The translations under genes were made by a program, and so were the position numbers. Below the pieces are notes generated by a model. It saw only the letters and a program-made list of their open reading frames with translations. It had not been told where the DNA came from and made no database searches. Below are positions 25,086-31,853 of a DNA stretch of 31,853 nt, piece by piece (within the stretch, counting starts at the first letter, position 1; every line of letters begins with the position of its first letter). Origin of the DNA: a virus (Duplodnaviria > Caudoviricetes); the IMG/VR virus record IMGVR_UViG_3300017785_001313, positions 1 to 31,853 of that record; one strand, 5' to 3'.

Positions 25086-26158
25086 AAAAGATTAGTCATT
25101 TACATGGAGGCAGGTTATACTCAGATGTACTAGGTGAAGGTCTGAAGTATATAGAAGACAGGATGAACGGAAGGATTAAATCTTTTAAAGTTCCCTGGTT
25201 AGGTTTAAACCGTGCAGGTGTAGGAGGTTTAGAATGGGGCAGTATGCTAACCATAGGAGCCAGACCAGGTTCAGGTAAGACTCTTGTAGTATCACAGATC
25301 CTTAGGGAATCTCGTGCTCTTAACTCTACACAGGATTTTAATATTCTAGAATTTCAGTTTGAGATGGGAGGAAAACAATCAGCAGCTAGAGCATTTGCAG
25401 CAGAGACAGCTTTAGACTATAACATTGTTCTTTCTACAGACAAACAACTAGATAAGTTTTCTCATGAGATGATGGAGAAATACAGAGAAGATACTAGAAT
25501 ATTCGAAGAGGTGGGAATATACCGGGTGATGATAAATGAATCTCTAACTCATAAAGAAATAAGAGATACTATAATTCATTACTACAATGAGCTAGGAGGT
25601 AAACCTTTGGTTGTTAGTATAGATCACAGCTGGCTAATTAAAAAGTCATCTGATGAAAAAGAAAAGATAGCCACTTTGTATAATACTACAGAAATGATTA
25701 TGCAACTTAAGAACCAGCTTCCTATATGTGTAATAATGATTACACAATTAAACCGTAGTATAGAAGAACCAAATAGAAAAGTACAAGGTGTAATAGCAAA
25801 CTATCCAACTAGCTCAGACATATTTGGTGGTGATGCTCTTATGCAAGGTTCAGACATGGTGGTTGCTCTTAGTAGACCATTCACCGTAAACATTCCATTC
25901 TATGGACCAAAGGGTTACATAGTTTCTCCAGATGATGTATTTATGCATCTTCTAAAGATTAGGAATGGTTCTGATAATGTAAACATGCTTTTTATGAAAG
26001 CAGAATTTAAAAGACAAAGAATGATAGAAGTGGGTGAACCACAAGCAAGTAATCAAGGATCTGGTAGAGCAGGTGGTGGATACGTAAGACTATCCCAAAG
26101 AATCACCAATGCAGGAGGACCTTCCTCACCAGATGACATAGATATTGATGACATTTAA
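25082..26158 (+). CDS. dnaB: DnaB-like replicative helicase (C-terminal RecA-fold only)
   Basis: IGARPGSGKT, FEM, IDH, ITQLNR, P..SD....D...Q.SD.V and KIRNG motifs. Confidence 0.88.
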   Translation: MKKISHLHGGRLYSDVLGEGLKYIEDRMNGRIKSFKVPWLGLNRAGVGGLEWGSMLTIGARPGSGKTLVVSQILRESRALNSTQDFNILEFQFEMGGKQSAARAFAAETALDYNIVLSTDKQLDKFSHEMMEKYREDTRIFEEVGIYRVMINESLTHKEIRDTIIHYYNELGGKPLVVSIDHSWLIKKSSDEKEKIATLYNTTEMIMQLKNQLPICVIMITQLNRSIEEPNRKVQGVIANYPTSSDIFGGDALMQGSDMVVALSRPFTVNIPFYGPKGYIVSPDDVFMHLLKIRNGSDNVNMLFMKAEFKRQRMIEVGEPQASNQGSGRAGGGYVRLSQRITNAGGPSSPDDIDIDDI

Positions 26159-26168
26159 AATTTTTAGT

Positions 26169-26714
26169 ATGAATGACATAGACATTAAAAAATGGAAAAA
26201 AGAAAAACTAGATGCTATAAGAGAGCATCACAAAGATCTGATAGCAGATCTTGGAATTTCCCTATCAGATTTTAATATGAAAAAATCTTTTAGAGACAAG
26301 TATGGTAGAGAAGTGGTAGGTATTTTCTCTTCAGAGTTTGAAAGAAGCAAAGGCTTTTTCTTTGAGTTAATTACCAGTGACTTGGATCCAGATGATCCAG
26401 AACGTAAAGTGTACAGAGTACCACCAAATCCAAACTATGAAGAAGAGTATGAGATTAATCAAAAGAATTCTTACAATGTTCCGTTAGAAGAACTAAGAGT
26501 GATTAACCCATATTCAGCAGCCATTAGCAAGTTTTCTTCTGTTGTAACACCAGAAAAAAATAAAGAAAAAACTTTGAATATTCAAAGAATCACTGTATCT
26601 TTGGAAGATGCTCCCTATAGTGAAATGACTATCAGGGATTATATAGCAATTCAAACAGGAAAACCAGTAAGCCTTAAACCATGGCTGAATGAATTAGTAA
26701 AATCTTCAAAGTAA
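26169..26714 (+). CDS. phage hypothetical protein
   Basis: C-terminal DAPYSEMTIRDYIAI..GKPVS.K.WLNELV; start moved to ATG 26169. Confidence 0.75.
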   Translation: MNDIDIKKWKKEKLDAIREHHKDLIADLGISLSDFNMKKSFRDKYGREVVGIFSSEFERSKGFFFELITSDLDPDDPERKVYRVPPNPNYEEEYEINQKNSYNVPLEELRVINPYSAAISKFSSVVTPEKNKEKTLNIQRITVSLEDAPYSEMTIRDYIAIQTGKPVSLKPWLNELVKSSK

Positions 26715-26715
26715 T

Positions 26716-27399
26716 ATGGCACAGAGTATTTTAATTATTGCAGAGTCAGGCACGGGTAAATCTACCTCTATAGAAAGCCTAGACTCAAAAGAAACATTCA
26801 TTGTTAATGTAGCAAACAAACCTCTTCCTTTCAAAGGATGGAAAAAAAAGTACACTCTATGGAGTAAAGACAATCCTGCAGGCAACATGTATGACAAAGC
26901 AGGTGTAGCAAACATTGAGGCATGTATCAAGTATGTAAATGACAAGAGACCTGAAATAAAGACTCTTGTTATAGATGACTTTCAATACATGAGTTCATTT
27001 GAATTCTTTGATAGGTCAGATGAGAAAGGCTACGAAAAGTTTACACAGATAGGTGCAGGGTTAGCACGTATAGCTAGAATGCCTAAAGACTTAAGAGAAG
27101 ATCTTATGGTGTTCTTTCTTACACATGCAGAAGAAGCCACTGACATGGAAGGTAAACGTAAGTTCAAAGCCAAGACTATTGGCAGAATGGTAGATGAGAA
27201 ACTAACCTTAGAAGGTTTGTTTTCTATTGTTCTCTTTGGTAAGGCAAAGAAGAACAAAGACGGAGAAATCAGATATGTATTTGAAACATCTAACAATGGT
27301 GAGAATACATGCAAAAGTCCAAAGGGAATGTTTCCAACCTTTGAGATTATCAATGACTTACAATATGTAAGGGAAGCAATTATTAACTACGAAAATTAA
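26716..27399 (+). CDS. AAA_24/Sak4-like ATPase (recombinase)
   Basis: AESGTGKSTS, KPLPF, VIDDFQY, LTH, KTIG.M.D...EGLF and KSP.GMF. Confidence 0.8.
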   Translation: MAQSILIIAESGTGKSTSIESLDSKETFIVNVANKPLPFKGWKKKYTLWSKDNPAGNMYDKAGVANIEACIKYVNDKRPEIKTLVIDDFQYMSSFEFFDRSDEKGYEKFTQIGAGLARIARMPKDLREDLMVFFLTHAEEATDMEGKRKFKAKTIGRMVDEKLTLEGLFSIVLFGKAKKNKDGEIRYVFETSNNGENTCKSPKGMFPTFEIINDLQYVREAIINYEN

Positions 27400-27422
27400 C
27401 TTTCATTTTAAATTTTAAAAAC

Positions 27423-28031
27423 ATGTTTAACACAAAAGGACAGGAAATTAAAACAGGAGGAACAACTTCTAAATCATTTCAACCAGGCGTAGTTTACGCA
27501 CACATTTATGCAGGCCAAGTTAAGTCTTCCAAAACTGGTAAAAAAGCATTAGAACTTACATTGGAAGGTCCAGCTTTGGACAACTTTGAAGGATGGTCAA
27601 TAGATAAAAATGATCAAGACGGTAAAAAGTTTCAAGGTCAATCTGCTAGAGTTATTTGTACATCATGGACTGAAGATTTTGCTTCTGATAATCCAGCAAA
27701 GAATGAAATCATTTACAAACTTTTGTTCATTGCATCTGAGCTAGGTCTAAGAGATGAAGCTGATGATATTACAGGTAACACCATTGAAGAATGGGCAGAT
27801 AAGATGATTAATCTTCTTAAGAATAAAAGCCTTTATTTATTTCTAAAAGGTACAGAAGAAGAATACAACGGTAAAGTTGTTACTAAATTATCTTTACCTA
27901 AATATAAATTTGCTTCTTCCACAGAAGACGGTTTAGAAAAGTTTGACAAAAATAATAAGTATCATTTTAAGCCATTACAAAACAAACCTTTAACAGGGTT
28001 TGAACCAGCTACAGATGATTTTGATATGTAA
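27423..28031 (+). CDS. putative single-stranded DNA-binding protein
   Basis: Follows the Sak4-like gene, beta-rich, acidic C-terminus (ATDDFDM). Confidence 0.5.
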   Translation: MFNTKGQEIKTGGTTSKSFQPGVVYAHIYAGQVKSSKTGKKALELTLEGPALDNFEGWSIDKNDQDGKKFQGQSARVICTSWTEDFASDNPAKNEIIYKLLFIASELGLRDEADDITGNTIEEWADKMINLLKNKSLYLFLKGTEEEYNGKVVTKLSLPKYKFASSTEDGLEKFDKNNKYHFKPLQNKPLTGFEPATDDFDM

Positions 28032-28052
28032 TTTTCGTTAGGTAATACAATC

Positions 28053-28078
28053 GGGGGTGTTTCTACACCCCCTTTTTT
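28053..28078 (+). terminator. intrinsic terminator
   Basis: GGGGGTGT-ttct-ACACCCCC followed by TTTTTT. Confidence 0.88.
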
Positions 28079-28082
28079 ATTT

Positions 28083-28090
28083 TATATTTG
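28083..28090 (+). promoter_or_regulatory. Bacteroidota-type -7 promoter element
   Basis: TATATTTG right after the terminator, 7 nt before the primase ATG. Confidence 0.6.
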
Positions 28091-28097
28091 TAATGTT

Positions 28098-29069
28098 ATG
28101 ATTAAAGTAAAAAACTTAGTACATGATATAAAAGACGTTCCCGTTACATGGATATTTGAGAAGTATTGTAAGCTTGATCAAAAGTTATTTGGAGAAGATG
28201 TAAAGATTAAATCTTTATTCAACCCTAAAGAACGTACACCTAGTATGTGTATATATTTAGATAAAGACAAAAAATATAAGTTCAAAGATTTCTCTACAGG
28301 TAAAGGAGGAGGTCCTATAGAATTAGTAAAATTAATATACAGCTTAACATATCACCAAGCTTGCCAGCTTATTGTAGAACATTATAATGATTTTGTTTTG
28401 CATAATAATGGTGGCTATGATATAAAAGAGTTTAAGCAATCAAGTAAATACAAGGTAGTATCATATAGTGAAAGGAAATGGTCCACTCAAGATCAGTATT
28501 TCTGGACTCAATTTAATATTGGATCCAAGCTGTTAGAAGCTCACTATGTTAAACCATTAGATAGTTATTGTATGAGCAAAGATGGTAATAGTCTTTGTAT
28601 AAAAGGTCTCTATCTTTATGGTTACTTTAAATCAGATGGCACTCTATATAAAATCTATCAGCCCAAAACACTAGATAAAAAGTTTATTAAGGTGACAGAT
28701 TACATTCAGGCATGGGATCAATTACAAAAATGTAATCACTTAGTAATTACATCCAGTCTTAAAGATGTTATGTCTATTAAGTCATTCAAACTTGATATAG
28801 ATGTCATAGCACCTGATAGTGAGAACACTATGATCAAACAAGATGTAATGGAAGAACTTAGAGATAAGTATGAAAAAATTATAGTGTTGTTTGATTATGA
28901 TGATGCAGGTATAAAAGCTATGCAAGCCTACAAAGAAAAGTATCCCTTTATAGAAATTACACTACTCCCTATGAGTAAGGATGTATCCGATAGTATAAAA
29001 GATTATGGAGCTAAGGAGGTTAGAAACAGATTAGTTCCTATCTTAGCTAAAAAATTAAACAATGGCTAA
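28098..29069 (+). CDS. DNA primase (Toprim)
   Basis: S.FNP.ERTPSM, FKDFSTG.GG, KIYQP, ITSSLKDVM, APDSE and FDYDDAG (Toprim DxD). Confidence 0.8.
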   Translation: MIKVKNLVHDIKDVPVTWIFEKYCKLDQKLFGEDVKIKSLFNPKERTPSMCIYLDKDKKYKFKDFSTGKGGGPIELVKLIYSLTYHQACQLIVEHYNDFVLHNNGGYDIKEFKQSSKYKVVSYSERKWSTQDQYFWTQFNIGSKLLEAHYVKPLDSYCMSKDGNSLCIKGLYLYGYFKSDGTLYKIYQPKTLDKKFIKVTDYIQAWDQLQKCNHLVITSSLKDVMSIKSFKLDIDVIAPDSENTMIKQDVMEELRDKYEKIIVLFDYDDAGIKAMQAYKEKYPFIEITLLPMSKDVSDSIKDYGAKEVRNRLVPILAKKLNNG

Positions 29070-29460
29070 AAAGAAAACAGCAAAACCTAGAAAAGGTGCA
29101 GCACCAAAAACTAGGAATGCAGGTACTATGACAGATGCTGCCTTCTGGAGTTTTATAAGAAGTGCACTACGACAGAAGTCTAGATGGTGGAAACCTATTG
29201 GTCAGGCTAAAGCAAAAGCTAAAAGATCTTATAAGGGTCCACTAAAGAGACAAAAGTTTGAGTATCAGTGTGCAGAGTGTTCTCAGTGGTTTCCTGATAA
29301 GCTAATTAACGTAGACCACATTATACCTGCTGGTACTTTAAGATGTGCTAACGACCTACCAGGCTTTGTAGAGAGACTATTCTGTGAAGTAGATAATCTA
29401 CAGGTGCTCTGTGAAACATGCCATAATAAAAAAACACAAGATGAAAAGTCCAAAAAGTAA
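29062..29460 (+). CDS. HNH endonuclease
   Basis: CAEC...VDHIIP...NLQVLCETCHNKKT. Confidence 0.85.
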   Translation: MAKKKTAKPRKGAAPKTRNAGTMTDAAFWSFIRSALRQKSRWWKPIGQAKAKAKRSYKGPLKRQKFEYQCAECSQWFPDKLINVDHIIPAGTLRCANDLPGFVERLFCEVDNLQVLCETCHNKKTQDEKSKK

Positions 29461-29623
29461 ACAGGACCTTATAGAAAAAGTAGTGGAACAAATTAAAGAA
29501 GATGTCCACTGTGGTTATTATGAATCTTTAGAAGGAATACTTAGACTAATAGCTTCAGAAGATTTAATAGAATATTTACCAGAAGAAGACTGGAAACAAT
29601 TTAAACATTTAAGAGATGCCTGA
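29441..29623 (+). CDS. hypothetical protein
   Basis: Start moved to ATG 29441; V.EQIK.D...E.L....LIEYLPEE. Confidence 0.65.
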   Translation: MKSPKSKQDLIEKVVEQIKEDVHCGYYESLEGILRLIASEDLIEYLPEEDWKQFKHLRDA

Positions 29624-29825
29624 ACTACATGAGACCCTTATGGGTAAAAAACTTATAGAAAGTACATTACCAGAAATAGCTTTACAATTAAAACGTATAG
29701 CAGATGTATTAGAAAATAAATATGATCCTGCTGATCAAATAGCTTCAGCATTTCAAACTTTTATTAAAAGCAATCTTAATGATGAAGATTTAGGTAAACA
29801 AATAAGACACTTATATGGAAAATGA
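29616..29825 (+). CDS. hypothetical protein
   Basis: LHETLMGKKL.E..LP.I...L.RIA..LE motif. Confidence 0.7.
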   Translation: MPELHETLMGKKLIESTLPEIALQLKRIADVLENKYDPADQIASAFQTFIKSNLNDEDLGKQIRHLYGK

Positions 29826-29988
29826 TCAATTAAAAAGTCAGGACAAATTAACTAGTGAAGTTAATCAAGACAGAATAAATGTCCACCAACTTATAGAATT
29901 CCTTGAGTATGAGGAAGCTCTTACTAAAGACAGAGAAACAGCAACAAGAATTAGAATATTATTAACACAATTAGGAATATGGAATTAG
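29815..29988 (+). CDS. small hypothetical protein (57 aa)
   Basis: MENDQLK...LIEFLEYEEALTKD...LGIWN*; overlaps both neighbours by a few bases. Confidence 0.6.
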   Translation: MENDQLKSQDKLTSEVNQDRINVHQLIEFLEYEEALTKDRETATRIRILLTQLGIWN

Positions 29989-31031
29989 AAGATTTAATGA
30001 ATGACTCTATAGAAAAATTAGAAGGAAATTTTTACAGTAAGAAATTTTATTTTAGCTATAGCAGCTTAAATAAATTAATGTGGAGCCCAGCAGTGTTTCA
30101 CCAGCTGTATGTATTAGGAATTAAAGAAGAAAGACAAGATGCACATCTTGTACAGGGAAAGATTATACACGCCCTGTTGTTAGAACCAGAGAAGTTTAAT
30201 GATAACTTTATAATAAGTCCTGATAACTTACCAACAGGTAATACAAAAACAGTTGTAGACAGAGTGTTTAGTCATCATAAAGAACTTGCTGATAATGGTG
30301 ATACTAGAACAAGTCTTGTAGAATTTACAGATGCTATTATAGATATTCTTAAAGATATGAATGTTCATCAAAGTTTAGTTGATGATAAGAAAACTGGAGT
30401 TACAGGAGATCAAAAAAGATTAGATAAAATACTTACAGCAGAAGCTGAAAACTATTGGAACTTTCTTAGAAATAGAGGTAATAAAACTCTTATAGATCAG
30501 CAGAGTTATGACTTCTGTTTAAATGCAGTTGACATGATTAAGACTGATAGCAAGCTTTGTACATTGTTAGGACATGACTTAAATGATTTTAGTAATAAAG
30601 AAGTTTTTAATGAGTTAACCCTAATGGTAGACATGGCAGATAAAAGTTTTGGTCTTAAGGGTATTGTTGATAACTTAGTTATAGACCATGACAAAAAAAT
30701 TTTGTATATTAATGATGTAAAGACTACCAGCAAAGATCTAAAAGACTTTCCTGAAACAGTTGAGTTCTACTCTTACTGGATGCAAGCTGTCATTTATTCT
30801 ACACTTGTTAGTATAAACTTTTCTAATCTACGAGAAGCAGGTTATGAATTAAAGTTTCACTTTGTAGTGATAGATAAAATGTTTCAGACATATGCATTTC
30901 CTGTACAAGAATCAACTTTAGCATCATGGCTAGATAGACTTACAGAAACACTTAAGAAAGCAGAATGGCATTATAATAATAAAAGCTATGATCTTCCTTA
31001 TGAATTTGCAAACTCTTTAGTAACTTTATAA
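29979..31031 (+). CDS. PD-(D/E)XK exonuclease (RecE/DUF3799-like)
   Basis: SYSSL, G..IH.LLLEP, E......KGIVD.......INDVKTT and Y.YWMQA.IY. Confidence 0.8.
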   Translation: MELEDLMNDSIEKLEGNFYSKKFYFSYSSLNKLMWSPAVFHQLYVLGIKEERQDAHLVQGKIIHALLLEPEKFNDNFIISPDNLPTGNTKTVVDRVFSHHKELADNGDTRTSLVEFTDAIIDILKDMNVHQSLVDDKKTGVTGDQKRLDKILTAEAENYWNFLRNRGNKTLIDQQSYDFCLNAVDMIKTDSKLCTLLGHDLNDFSNKEVFNELTLMVDMADKSFGLKGIVDNLVIDHDKKILYINDVKTTSKDLKDFPETVEFYSYWMQAVIYSTLVSINFSNLREAGYELKFHFVVIDKMFQTYAFPVQESTLASWLDRLTETLKKAEWHYNNKSYDLPYEFANSLVTL

Positions 31032-31032
31032 T

Positions 31033-31602
31033 ATGACAACTATGCTCAAAAGTTTATATAGCAAGTACTTTCAAAAATCAAAGTCGTTCCTATATCCAGC
31101 TCTTGGGACTAGAAAAACAGATCCATTTGCACCCACTGGTACCTATATATCTATAGAAGGATATATAGGGCCAGAGGATGTAAAGCTCATCTGCACATTT
31201 GAAAAGAATGACTCAGATGAATTTAAAGATTTTGAAAAACAGATATTAGTTGAGAACCCTTTATATGAAAATAAGTTTGAGATAGAAAACTATTATGTAT
31301 ATGTTTTTGACTTTCAGATATATGAAGAAGACTGGTATTCTTTTTTACTTGGCAAGTATTCTAAGTTTTCAACAATGCTAAAGAAAGGTATAAGACAATA
31401 CTATGGGAAGTCATCTCAAGAGTATAAGTTTATTGAAACCTATTTGTTTCCGGAAGAGTACTTTGAAAGCTATTCAAAAATACTTGATGTAGATATAGAA
31501 GACCTAAAAGAAATAGGTGAATTATGCAACCCCTATAATGAAAATAAAGAAACTTTAAAAATTCCAAAAGAATATTTGGAAAAATTAAAAACTTTAATTT
31601 AA
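31033..31602 (+). CDS. phage hypothetical protein
   Basis: YFQKS..FLYP.L, GKYSK, YLFPE.YF..Y..L and GELC. Confidence 0.75.
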   Translation: MTTMLKSLYSKYFQKSKSFLYPALGTRKTDPFAPTGTYISIEGYIGPEDVKLICTFEKNDSDEFKDFEKQILVENPLYENKFEIENYYVYVFDFQIYEEDWYSFLLGKYSKFSTMLKKGIRQYYGKSSQEYKFIETYLFPEEYFESYSKILDVDIEDLKEIGELCNPYNENKETLKIPKEYLEKLKTLI

Positions 31603-31621
31603 CTTTACAAAAAACCAAATT

Positions 31622-31853
31622 ATGAATAATACAATGATGTTAATTACGTCTAGCTGGGGACCAGCTAAGACATTTAAATTAATCCCTATTACAAAAGAGT
31701 GTCCTTATAACGAGTGTATCTTTGATGTACAACAAAAAGTGTTAGCAATAATCTCTAAAGAAAGCAAAGAGTCTTTCCACATGATGCCTAAATTAAATGA
31801 ACTAGGTGATATCCAACGCCTTAAGATGGGTAAGAAAGAGAATGGTAAAGACT
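31622..31853 (+). CDS. hypothetical protein (partial, runs off the window)
   Basis: MNNTMMLITSSWG..TFKLIP....CPYNECIFD... open to the window end. Confidence 0.7.
   Translation, partial: MNNTMMLITSSWGPAKTFKLIPITKECPYNECIFDVQQKVLAIISKESKESFHMMPKLNELGDIQRLKMGKKENGKD

Noticed and set aside
9393-29460. The two HNH genes as intron-encoded or mobile homing endonucleases
   Set aside because: Both are tightly packed into operons with no interrupted host gene or flanking intron structure
1257-31618. Short ORFs antisense to longer genes (e.g. 1257-1448, 3477-3668, 7297-7671, 8296-8556, 17133-17372, 21364-21573, 27030-27353, 30506-30733)
   Set aside because: Shadow frames of well-supported genes, with mostly Ser/Leu/Phe/Ile-rich composition and no motifs
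1-31853. Stop-codon reassignment as in some crAss-like phages
   Set aside because: Long genes are intact under code 11, and TAA, TGA and TAG all appear as plausible stops

Overview
A fragment of a large, AT-rich dsDNA bacteriophage, most likely infecting a Bacteroidota host. The host inference rests on A-rich start regions without Shine-Dalgarno motifs, TAnnTTTG -7 promoter elements, SprB-like and BspA-like repeats, and a replication set resembling that of crAss-like/Flavobacterium phages. Layout: (1) 1-13.9 kb, + strand: small accessory genes (PcfJ-like, ParB-like, HTH, HNH, SprB-repeat, DUF6915/DUF6878/DUF6745-like), interleaved with three long, GC-richer, highly structured non-coding tracts, an atypical tRNA and a set of palindromes. 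(2) 14.2-20.1 kb, +: SF2 helicase, NinB-like protein, uracil-DNA glycosylase and a MoxR/RavA AAA+ plus VWA pair. (3) 20.2-24.0 kb, - strand: late/lysis module (M15 endolysin, spanin-like and holin-like genes, LRR protein) that also carries an LCIB/theta-type carbonic anhydrase domain fused to a short phage leader. (4) 24.1-31.9 kb, +: replication/recombination genes (DnaA domain IV-like, DnaB, Sak4-like ATPase, SSB-like, primase, HNH, PD-(D/E)XK nuclease). Best leads: the phage carbonic anhydrase fusion, the unexplained structured RNAs, the palindrome-bracketed small-gene island, and a possible -1 frameshift at the end of the AAA+ gene. All family calls come from motif recognition by eye, not database searches.
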